A stretch of DNA of 64,000 nucleotides, from positions 1,736,001 to 1,800,000 of the forward strand of contig BROI01000001.1 of NCBI GenBank assembly GCA_027923505.1. The letters are read 5' to 3'. Within the stretch, counting starts at the first letter, position 1; each line of letters starts with the position of its first letter. Positions 33,172-45,100 of this stretch are shown in pieces. The notes under the pieces were generated by a model. It was not told the DNA's origin and did no database searches. It worked only from the letters and a program-made list of their open reading frames with translations. Source of the stretch: Mayamaea pseudoterrestris (Eukaryota). The position numbers and the translations under genes are program-made.

Positions 33172-36100
33172 TCACGATTCTCCGTCACACTTGCCGCACT
33201 TGCCACCCCCATCAATGTGCGTTTGCAGTGACGATTGAGATACACACGTGGATTCCGTCTTGTTCTTTTGGCAGACGCGGGCCTTGCCGTTACCACAGCC
33301 AGCAACGGCACAAGATGCAACGGGAGCCATGGTTGGTATTTTGGTATGAATCTTTGTCGGCATTTTTGTCGGAACCTTAGTTGGGACTTTCGTTGGCACC
33401 TTGGTCGGCATTTTTGTGGGAACCTTTGTTGGTAATTTCGTTGGCATTTTTGTAGGGATCTTAGTGGGAACCTTTGTTGGGATTTTTGTTGGGATCTTTG
33501 TAGGAACCTTTGTTGGGGTCTTTGTAGGAACCTTTGTCGGCGTTTTTGTAGGGACCTTGGTGGGAACTTTTGTAGGAACCTTTGTCGGCAATTTTGTAGG
33601 GACCTTCGTGGGAGCCTGTGTAGGAAACTTTGTTGGGGCCTTTGTTGGCAATTTAGTTGGAACCTTTGTAGGAACCTTAGTGGGAACCTTAGTAGGTGTT
33701 TTTGTAGGAACTTTGGTGGGCTTTTTGCTAGGTACTTGAGTTGGAACTCTTGTAGGTTCATTTGAAGGATTCTTAGTAGGTCCATGAGTGGGTATGTCAG
33801 TTGGACTGTCTGTTGGAGCAGTTGTTGGCAAGGCAGTTGGTTTACCAGTGGGTACATCTGTGGGAGCTGCTGTTGGAGTGAGGGAGGGAGACACCGTAGG
33901 ACTGACAGTTGGTGCATTGGTTGGCAATGCTGTGGGTCCAGCAGTGGGTGACGTTGTTGGAACTTGCGTGGGTGCAGCGGTGGTTGGAGCAGCAGTTGGA
34001 TGGCCAGTGGGAACCTTGGTTGGCAAAGCACTTGGACCAGCTGTTGGTGAAGAAGTCGGTAATGCAGTGGGTCCGTCAGTGGGCAGACCAGTTGGAGGAA
34101 CAGTGGGTACTGGTGTGGGAAGTGCTGTAGGTGACGCCGTTATTGGGGCTGCGGTTGGGTTGCCAGGTGTAGGTGTCGGAATGCCAGTGGGTGTTACAGT
34201 TGGTCCTTGGGAAGGAGAATCTGTGGGCAAACCAGTTGGTGCATCTGTTGGAACTGCGGTGGGTTTGGCAGTGGGATGACTTGATGGCATAGCCGTTGGT
34301 GCAGCAGTTGGAATGTCTGTTGGAGAGGCTGTCAGTCCATCTGTAGGTGCTGCAGTGGGATTGACAGTTGGATTACCCGTTGGCAAAGCAGTTGGGGCTA
34401 CTGATGGTGCATGCGTTGGTGCAACAGTTGGCAAGGCAGTTGGACTGTCTGTTGGAGCAGTTGTTGGCAAGGCAGTTGGTTTACCAGTGGGTACATCTGT
34501 GGGAGCTGCTGTTGGAGTGAGGGAGGGAGACACCGTAGGACTGACAGTTGGTGCATTGGTTGGCAATGCTGTGGGTCCAGCAGTGGGTGAAGTTGTTGGA
34601 ACTTGCGTGGGTGCAGCGGTGGTTGGAGCAGCAGTTGGATGGCCAGTGGGAACCTTGGTTGGCAAAGCACTTAGACCAGCTGTTGGTGAAGAAGTCGGTA
34701 ATGCAGTGGGTCCGTCAGTGGGCAGACCAGTTGGAGGAACAGTGGGTACTGGTGTGGGAAGTGCTGTAGGTGACGCCGTTATTGGGGCTGCGGTTGGGTT
34801 GCCAGGTGTAGGTGTCGGAATGCCAGTGGGTGTTACAGTTGGTCCTTGGGAAGGAGAATCTGTGGGCAAACCAGTTGGTGCATCTGTTGGAACTGCGGTG
34901 GGTTTGGCAGTGGGATGACTTGATGGCATAGCCGTTGGTGCAGCAGTTGGAATGTCTATTGGAGAGGCTGTCGGTCCATCTGTAGGTGCTGCAGTGGGAT
35001 TGACAGTTGGATTACCCGTTGGCAAAGCAGTTGGGGCTACTGATGGTGCTTGCGTTGGTGCAACAGTTGGCAAGGCAGTTGGACTGTCTGTTGGAGCAGT
35101 TGTTGGCAAGGCAGTTGGTTTACCAGTGGGTACATCTGTGGGAGCTGCTGTTGGAGTGAGGGAGGGAGACACCATAGGACTGACAGTTGGTGCATTGGTT
35201 GGCAATGCTGTGGGTCCAGCAGTGGGTGAAGTTGTTGGAACTTGCGTGGGTGCAGCGGTGGTTGGAGCAGCAGTTGGATGGCCAGTGGGAACCTTGGTTG
35301 GCAAAGCACTTAGACCAGCTGTTGGTGAAGAAGTCGGTAATGCAGTGGGTCCGTCAGTGGGCAGACCAGATGGAGGAACAGTGGGTACTGGTGTGGGAAG
35401 TGCTGTGGGTGACGCCATTATTGGGGCTGCGGTTGGGTTGCCAGGCGTAGGTGTTGGAATGCCAGTGGGTGTTACAGTTGGTCTTTGGGAAGGAGAATCT
35501 GTGAACAAACCAGTTGGCCCACCAGTTGGTGCATCTGTTGGAACTGCGGTGGGTTTGGCAGTGGGATGACTTGATGGCATAGCCGTTGGTGCAGCAGTTG
35601 GAATGTCTGATGGAGAGGCTGTCGGTCCATCTGTAGGTGCTGCAGTGGGATTGCCAGTTGGATTACCTGTTGGCAAAGCAGTTGGGGCTACTGATGGTGC
35701 TTGCGTTGGTGCAACAGTTGGCAAGGCAGTTGGACTGTCTGTTGGAGCAGTTGTTGGCAAGGCAGTTGGTTTACCAGTGGGTACATCTGTGGGAGCTGCT
35801 GTTGGAGTGCGGGAGGGAGACACCGTAGGACTGACAGTTGGTGCATTGGTTGGCAATGCTGTGGGTCCAGCAGTGGGTGAAGTTGTTGGAACTTGCGTGG
35901 GTGCAGCGGTGGTTGGAGCAGCAGTTGGAAGCCCAGTGGGAACCTTGGTTGGCAGGAGGCTTGGACCAGCTGTTGGTGAAGAAGCCGGTAATGCAGTGGG
36001 TCCATCAGTGGGCAGACCAGTTGGAGGAACAGTGGGTACTGGTGTGGGAAGTGCTGTGGGTGACGCCGTTATTGGGGCTGCGGTTGGGTTGCCAGGCGTA

Positions 36101-39100
36101 GGTGTTGGAATGCCAGTGGGTGTTACAGTTGGTCCTTGGGAAGGAGAATCTGTGGGCAAACCAGTTGGTCCACCAGTTGGTGCATCTGTTGGAACTGCGG
36201 TGGGTTTAGCAGTGGGATGACTTGATGGCATAGCCGTTGGTGCAGCAGTTGGAATGTCTGTTGGAGAGGCTGTCGGTCCAGCTGTAGGTGCTGCAGTGGG
36301 ATTGACAGTTGGATTACCTGTTGGCAAAGCAGTTGGGGCTACTGATGGTTCTTGCGTTGGTGCAACAGTTGGCAAGGCAGTTGGACTGTCTGTTGGAGCA
36401 GTTGTTGGCAAGGCAGTTGGCTTACCAGTGGGAAAATCTGTGGGAGCTGCTGTTGGAGTGAGGGAGGGAGACACCGTAGGACTGACAGTTGGTGCATTGG
36501 TTGGCAATGCTGTGGGTCCAGCAGTGGGTGAAGTTGTTGGAACTTGCGTGGGTGCAGCAGTGGTTGGAGCAGCAGTTGGATGGCCAGTGGGAACCTTGGT
36601 TGGCAAAGCACTTGGACCAGCTGTTGGTGAAGAAGTTGGTAATGCAGTGGGTCCGTCAGTGGGCAGACCAGTTGGAGGAACAGTGGGTACTGGTGCGGGA
36701 AGTGCTGTGGGAAGTGCTGTGGGTGACGCCGTTATTGGGGCTGCGGTTGGGTTGCCAGGCGTAGGTGTTGGAATGCCAGTGGGTGTTACAGTTGGTCCTT
36801 GGGAAGGAGAATCTGTGGGCAAACCAGTTGGTCCTCCAGTTGGTGCATCTGTTGGAACTGCGGTGGGTTTGGCAGTGGGATGACTTGATGGCATAGCCGT
36901 TGGTGCAGCAGTTGGAATGTCTGTTGGAGAGGCTGTCGGTCCATCTGTAGGTGCTGCAGTGGGATTGCCAGTTGGATTACCTGTTGGCAAAGCAGTTGGG
37001 GCTACTGATGGTGCTTGCGTTGGTGCAACCGTAGGCAAGGCAGTTGGACTGTCTGTTGGAGCAGTTGTTGGCAAGGCAGTTGGTTTACCAGTGGGTACAT
37101 CTGTGGGAGCTGCTGTTGGAGTGAGGGAGGGAGACACCGTAGGACTGACAGTTGGTGCATTGGTTGGCAATGCTGTGGGTCCAGCGGTGGGTGAAGTTGT
37201 TGGAACTTGCGTGGGTGCAGCAGTGGTTGGAGCAGCAGTTGGATGGCCAGTGGGAACCTTGGTTGGCAAAGCACTTGGACCAGCTGTTGGTGAAGAAGTT
37301 GGTAATGCAGTGGGTCCGTCAGTGGGCAGACCAGTTGGAGGAACAGTGGGTACTGGTGCGGGAAGTGCTGTGGGAAGTGCTGTGGGTGACGCCGTTATTG
37401 GGGCTGCGGTTGGGTTGCCAGGCGTAGGTGTTGGAATGCCAGTGGGTGTTACAGTTGGTCCTTGGGAAGGAGAATCTGTGGGCAAACCAGTTGGTCCTCC
37501 AGTTGGTGCATCTGTTGGAACTGCGGTGGGTTTGGCAGTGGGATGACTTGATGGCATAGCCGTTGGTGCAGCAGTTGGAATGTCTGTTGGAGAGGCTGTC
37601 GGTCCATCTGTAGGTGCTGCAGTGGGATTGCCAGTTGGATTACCTGTTGGCAAAGCAGTTGGGGCTACTGATGGTGCTTGCGTTGGTGCAACCGTAGGCA
37701 AGGCAGTTGGACTGTCTGTTGGAGCAGTTGTTGGCAAGGCAGTTGGTTTACCAGTGGGTACATCTGTGGGAGCTGCTGTTGGAGTGAGGGAGGGAGACAC
37801 CGTAGGACTGACAGTTGGTGCATTGGTTGGCAATGCTGTGGGTCCAGCAGTGGGTGAAGTTGTTGGAACTTGCGTGGGTGCAGCGGTGGTTGGAGCAGCA
37901 GTTGGATGGCGAGTGGGAACCTTGGTTGGTAACGCACTTGGACCAGCTGTTGGTGAAGAAGTTGGTAATGCAGTGGGTCCGTCAGTGGGCAGACCAGTTG
38001 GAGGAACAGTGGGTACTGGTGTGGGAAGTGCTGTGGGTGACGCCGTTATTTGGGCGGCGGTTGGGTTGCCAGGCGTAGGTGTTGGAATGCCAGTGGATGT
38101 TACAGTTGGTCCTTGGGAAGGAGAATCTGTGGGCAAACCAGTTGGTCCTCCAGTTGGTGCATCTGTTGGAACTGCGGTGGGTTTGGCAGTGGGATGACTT
38201 GATGGCATAGCCGTTGGTGCAGCAGTTGGAATGTCTGTTGGAGAGGCTGTCGGTCCATCTGTAGGTGCTGCAGTGGGATTGACAGTTGGATTACCTGTTG
38301 GCAAAGCAGTTGGGGCTACTGATGGTGCTTGCGTTGGTGCAACAGTTGGCAAGGCAGTTGGACTGTCTGTTGGAGCAGTTGTTGGCAAGGCAGTTGGTTT
38401 ACCAGTGGGTACATCTGTGGGAGCTGCTGTTGGAGTGAGGGAGGGAGACACCGTAGGACTGACAGTTGGTGCATTAGTTGGCAATGCTGTGGGTCCAGCA
38501 GTGGGTGAAGTTGTTGGAACTTGCGTGGGTGCAGCGGTGGTTGGAGCAGCAGTTGGATGGCCAGTGGGAACCTTGGTTGGCAAAGCACTTGGACCAGCTG
38601 TTGGTGAAGAAGTTGGTAATGCAGTGGGTCCATCAGTGGGCAGACCAGTTGGAGGAACAGTGGGTACTGGTGCGGGAAGTGCTGTGGGAAGTGCTGTGGG
38701 TGACACCGTTATTGGGGCTGCGGTTGGGTTGCCAGGCGTAGGTGTTGGAATGCCAGTGGGTGTTACAGTTGGTCCTTGGGAAGGAGAATCTGTGGGCAAA
38801 CCAGTTGGTCCACCAGTTGGTGCATCTGTTGGAACTGCGGTGGGTTTGGCAGTGGGATGACTTGATGGCATAGCCGTTGGTGCAGCAGTTGGAATGTCTG
38901 TTGGAGAGGCTGTTGGTCCATCTGTGGGTGCTGCAGTGGGATTGCCAGTTGGATTACCTGTTGGCAAAGCAGTTGGGGCTACTGATGGTGCTTGCGTTGG
39001 TGCAACCGTGGGCAAGGCAGTTGGACTGTCTGTTGGTGCAGTTGTTGGCAAGGCAGTTGGTTTACCAGTGGGTACATCTGTGGGAGCTGCTGTTCGAGTG

Positions 39101-42100
39101 AGGGAGGGAGACACAGTAGGACTGACAGTTGGTGCATTGGTTGGCAATGCTGTGGGTCCAGCAGTGGGTGAAGTTGTTGGAACTTGCGTGGGTGCAGCGG
39201 TGGTTGGAGCAGCAGTTGGATGGCCAGTGGGAACCTTGGTTGGCAAAGCACTTGGACCAGCTGTTGGTGAAGAAGTTGGTAATGCAGTGGGTCCATCAGT
39301 GGGCAGACCAGTTGGAGGAACAGTGGGTACTGGTGTGGGAAGTGCTGTGGGTGACGCCGTTATTGGGGCTGCGGTTGGGTTGCCAGGCGTAGGTGTCGGA
39401 ATGCCAGTGGGTGTTACAGTTGGTCCTTGGGAAGGATAATCTGTGGGCAAACCAGTTGGTCCACCAGTTGGTGCATCTGTTGGAACTGCGGTGGGTTTGG
39501 CAGTGGGATGACTTGATGGCACAGCCGTTGGTGCAGCAGTTGGAATGTCTGTTGGAGAGGCTGTCGGTCCATCTGTAGGTGCTGCAGTGGGATTGCCAGT
39601 TGGATTACCTGTTGGCAAAGCAGTTGGGGCTACTGATGGTGCTTGCGTTGGTGCAACAGTGGGCAAGGCAGTTGGACTGTCTGTTGGTGCAGTTGTCGGC
39701 AAGGCAGTTGGTTTACCAGTGGGTACATCTGTGGGAGCTGCTGTTGGAGGGAGGGAGGGAGACACCGTAGGACTGACAGTTGGTGCATTGGTTGGCAATG
39801 CTGTGGGTCCAGCAGTGGGTGAAGTTGTTGGAACTGGCGTGGGTGCAGCGGTGGTTGGCAGTTGGACTGTCTGTTGGAGCAGTTGTTGGCAAGGCAGTTG
39901 GTTTACCAGTGGGTACATCTGTGGGAGCTGCTGTTGGAGTGAGGGAGGGAGACACCGTAGGACTGACAGTTGGTGCATTGGTTGGCAATGCTGTGGGTCC
40001 AGCAGTGGGTGACGTTGTTGGAACTTGCGTGGGTGCAGCGGTGGTTGGAGCAGCAGTTGGATGGCCAGTGGGAACCTTGGTTGGCAAAGCACTTGGACCA
40101 GCTGTTGGTGAAGAAGTCGGTAATGCAGTGGGTCCGTCAGTGGGCAGACCAGTTGGAGGAACAGTGGGTACTGGTGTGGGAAGTGCTGTAGGTGACGCCG
40201 TTATTGGGGCTGCGGTTGGGTTGCCAGGTGTAGGTGTCGGAATGCCAGTGGGTGTTACAGTTGGTCCTTGGGAAGGAGAATCTGTGGGCAAACCAGTTGG
40301 TGCATCTGTTGGAACTGCGGTGGGTTTGGCAGTGGGATGACTTGATGGCATAGCCGTTGGTGCAGCAGTTGGAATGTCTGTTGGAGAGGCTGTCAGTCCA
40401 TCTGTAGGTGCTGCAGTGGGATTGACAGTTGGATTACCCGTTGGCAAAGCAGTTGGGGCTACTGATGGTGCATGCGTTGGTGCAACAGTTGGCAAGGCAG
40501 TTGGACTGTCTGTTGGAGCAGTTGTTGGCAAGGCAGTTGGTTTACCAGTGGGTACATCTGTGGGAGCTGCTGTTGGAGTGAGGGAGGGAGACACCGTAGG
40601 ACTGACAGTTGGTGCATTGGTTGGCAATGCTGTGGGTCCAGCAGTGGGTGAAGTTGTTGGAACTTGCGTGGGTGCAGCGGTGGTTGGAGCAGCAGTTGGA
40701 TGGCCAGTGGGAACCTTGGTTGGCAAAGCACTTAGACCAGCTGTTGGTGAAGAAGTCGGTAATGCAGTGGGTCCGTCAGTGGGCAGACCAGTTGGAGGAA
40801 CAGTGGGTACTGGTGTGGGAAGTGCTGTAGGTGACGCCGTTATTGGGGCTGCGGTTGGGTTGCCAGGTGTAGGTGTCGGAATGCCAGTGGGTGTTACAGT
40901 TGGTCCTTGGGAAGGAGAATCTGTGGGCAAACCAGTTGGTGCATCTGTTGGAACTGCGGTGGGTTTGGCAGTGGGATGACTTGATGGCATAGCCGTTGGT
41001 GCAGCAGTTGGAATGTCTATTGGAGAGGCTGTCGGTCCATCTGTAGGTGCTGCAGTGGGATTGACAGTTGGATTACCCGTTGGCAAAGCAGTTGGGGCTA
41101 CTGATGGTGCTTGCGTTGGTGCAACAGTTGGCAAGGCAGTTGGACTGTCTGTTGGAGCAGTTGTTGGCAAGGCAGTTGGTTTACCAGTGGGTACATCTGT
41201 GGGAGCTGCTGTTGGAGTGAGGGAGGGAGACACCATAGGACTGACAGTTGGTGCATTGGTTGGCAATGCTGTGGGTCCAGCAGTGGGTGAAGTTGTTGGA
41301 ACTTGCGTGGGTGCAGCGGTGGTTGGAGCAGCAGTTGGATGGCCAGTGGGAACCTTGGTTGGCAAAGCACTTAGACCAGCTGTTGGTGAAGAAGTCGGTA
41401 ATGCAGTGGGTCCGTCAGTGGGCAGACCAGATGGAGGAACAGTGGGTACTGGTGTGGGAAGTGCTGTGGGTGACGCCATTATTGGGGCTGCGGTTGGGTT
41501 GCCAGGCGTAGGTGTTGGAATGCCAGTGGGTGTTACAGTTGGTCTTTGGGAAGGAGAATCTGTGAACAAACCAGTTGGCCCACCAGTTGGTGCATCTGTT
41601 GGAACTGCGGTGGGTTTGGCAGTGGGATGACTTGATGGCATAGCCGTTGGTGCAGCAGTTGGAATGTCTGATGGAGAGGCTGTCGGTCCATCTGTAGGTG
41701 CTGCAGTGGGATTGCCAGTTGGATTACCTGTTGGCAAAGCAGTTGGGGCTACTGATGGTGCTTGCGTTGGTGCAACAGTTGGCAAGGCAGTTGGACTGTC
41801 TGTTGGAGCAGTTGTTGGCAAGGCAGTTGGTTTACCAGTGGGTACATCTGTGGGAGCTGCTGTTGGAGTGCGGGAGGGAGACACCGTAGGACTGACAGTT
41901 GGTGCATTGGTTGGCAATGCTGTGGGTCCAGCAGTGGGTGAAGTTGTTGGAACTTGCGTGGGTGCAGCGGTGGTTGGAGCAGCAGTTGGAAGCCCAGTGG
42001 GAACCTTGGTTGGCAGGAGGCTTGGACCAGCTGTTGGTGAAGAAGCCGGTAATGCAGTGGGTCCATCAGTGGGCAGACCAGTTGGAGGAACAGTGGGTAC

Positions 42101-45100
42101 TGGTGTGGGAAGTGCTGTGGGTGACGCCGTTATTGGGGCTGCGGTTGGGTTGCCAGGCGTAGGTGTTGGAATGCCAGTGGGTGTTACAGTTGGTCCTTGG
42201 GAAGGAGAATCTGTGGGCAAACCAGTTGGTCCACCAGTTGGTGCATCTGTTGGAACTGCGGTGGGTTTAGCAGTGGGATGACTTGATGGCATAGCCGTTG
42301 GTGCAGCAGTTGGAATGTCTGTTGGAGAGGCTGTCGGTCCAGCTGTAGGTGCTGCAGTGGGATTGACAGTTGGATTACCTGTTGGCAAAGCAGTTGGGGC
42401 TACTGATGGTTCTTGCGTTGGTGCAACAGTTGGCAAGGCAGTTGGACTGTCTGTTGGAGCAGTTGTTGGCAAGGCAGTTGGCTTACCAGTGGGAAAATCT
42501 GTGGGAGCTGCTGTTGGAGTGAGGGAGGGAGACACCGTAGGACTGACAGTTGGTGCATTGGTTGGCAATGCTGTGGGTCCAGCAGTGGGTGAAGTTGTTG
42601 GAACTTGCGTGGGTGCAGCAGTGGTTGGAGCAGCAGTTGGATGGCCAGTGGGAACCTTGGTTGGCAAAGCACTTGGACCAGCTGTTGGTGAAGAAGTTGG
42701 TAATGCAGTGGGTCCGTCAGTGGGCAGACCAGTTGGAGGAACAGTGGGTACTGGTGCGGGAAGTGCTGTGGGAAGTGCTGTGGGTGACGCCGTTATTGGG
42801 GCTGCGGTTGGGTTGCCAGGCGTAGGTGTTGGAATGCCAGTGGGTGTTACAGTTGGTCCTTGGGAAGGAGAATCTGTGGGCAAACCAGTTGGTCCTCCAG
42901 TTGGTGCATCTGTTGGAACTGCGGTGGGTTTGGCAGTGGGATGACTTGATGGCATAGCCGTTGGTGCAGCAGTTGGAATGTCTGTTGGAGAGGCTGTCGG
43001 TCCATCTGTAGGTGCTGCAGTGGGATTGCCAGTTGGATTACCTGTTGGCAAAGCAGTTGGGGCTACTGATGGTGCTTGCGTTGGTGCAACCGTAGGCAAG
43101 GCAGTTGGACTGTCTGTTGGAGCAGTTGTTGGCAAGGCAGTTGGTTTACCAGTGGGTACATCTGTGGGAGCTGCTGTTGGAGTGAGGGAGGGAGACACCG
43201 TAGGACTGACAGTTGGTGCATTGGTTGGCAATGCTGTGGGTCCAGCGGTGGGTGAAGTTGTTGGAACTTGCGTGGGTGCAGCAGTGGTTGGAGCAGCAGT
43301 TGGATGGCCAGTGGGAACCTTGGTTGGCAAAGCACTTGGACCAGCTGTTGGTGAAGAAGTTGGTAATGCAGTGGGTCCGTCAGTGGGCAGACCAGTTGGA
43401 GGAACAGTGGGTACTGGTGCGGGAAGTGCTGTGGGAAGTGCTGTGGGTGACGCCGTTATTGGGGCTGCGGTTGGGTTGCCAGGCGTAGGTGTTGGAATGC
43501 CAGTGGGTGTTACAGTTGGTCCTTGGGAAGGAGAATCTGTGGGCAAACCAGTTGGTCCTCCAGTTGGTGCATCTGTTGGAACTGCGGTGGGTTTGGCAGT
43601 GGGATGACTTGATGGCATAGCCGTTGGTGCAGCAGTTGGAATGTCTGTTGGAGAGGCTGTCGGTCCATCTGTAGGTGCTGCAGTGGGATTGCCAGTTGGA
43701 TTACCTGTTGGCAAAGCAGTTGGGGCTACTGATGGTGCTTGCGTTGGTGCAACCGTAGGCAAGGCAGTTGGACTGTCTGTTGGAGCAGTTGTTGGCAAGG
43801 CAGTTGGTTTACCAGTGGGTACATCTGTGGGAGCTGCTGTTGGAGTGAGGGAGGGAGACACCGTAGGACTGACAGTTGGTGCATTGGTTGGCAATGCTGT
43901 GGGTCCAGCAGTGGGTGAAGTTGTTGGAACTTGCGTGGGTGCAGCGGTGGTTGGAGCAGCAGTTGGATGGCGAGTGGGAACCTTGGTTGGTAACGCACTT
44001 GGACCAGCTGTTGGTGAAGAAGTTGGTAATGCAGTGGGTCCGTCAGTGGGCAGACCAGTTGGAGGAACAGTGGGTACTGGTGTGGGAAGTGCTGTGGGTG
44101 ACGCCGTTATTTGGGCGGCGGTTGGGTTGCCAGGCGTAGGTGTTGGAATGCCAGTGGATGTTACAGTTGGTCCTTGGGAAGGAGAATCTGTGGGCAAACC
44201 AGTTGGTCCTCCAGTTGGTGCATCTGTTGGAACTGCGGTGGGTTTGGCAGTGGGATGACTTGATGGCATAGCCGTTGGTGCAGCAGTTGGAATGTCTGTT
44301 GGAGAGGCTGTCGGTCCATCTGTAGGTGCTGCAGTGGGATTGACAGTTGGATTACCTGTTGGCAAAGCAGTTGGGGCTACTGATGGTGCTTGCGTTGGTG
44401 CAACAGTTGGCAAGGCAGTTGGACTGTCTGTTGGAGCAGTTGTTGGCAAGGCAGTTGGTTTACCAGTGGGTACATCTGTGGGAGCTGCTGTTGGAGTGAG
44501 GGAGGGAGACACCGTAGGACTGACAGTTGGTGCATTAGTTGGCAATGCTGTGGGTCCAGCAGTGGGTGAAGTTGTTGGAACTTGCGTGGGTGCAGCGGTG
44601 GTTGGAGCAGCAGTTGGATGGCCAGTGGGAACCTTGGTTGGCAAAGCACTTGGACCAGCTGTTGGTGAAGAAGTTGGTAATGCAGTGGGTCCATCAGTGG
44701 GCAGACCAGTTGGAGGAACAGTGGGTACTGGTGCGGGAAGTGCTGTGGGAAGTGCTGTGGGTGACACCGTTATTGGGGCTGCGGTTGGGTTGCCAGGCGT
44801 AGGTGTTGGAATGCCAGTGGGTGTTACAGTTGGTCCTTGGGAAGGAGAATCTGTGGGCAAACCAGTTGGTCCACCAGTTGGTGCATCTGTTGGAACTGCG
44901 GTGGGTTTGGCAGTGGGATGACTTGATGGCATAGCCGTTGGTGCAGCAGTTGGAATGTCTGTTGGAGAGGCTGTTGGTCCATCTGTGGGTGCTGCAGTGG
45001 GATTGCCAGTTGGATTACCTGTTGGCAAAGCAGTTGGGGCTACTGATGGTGCTTGCGTTGGTGCAACCGTGGGCAAGGCAGTTGGACTGTCTGTTGGTGC

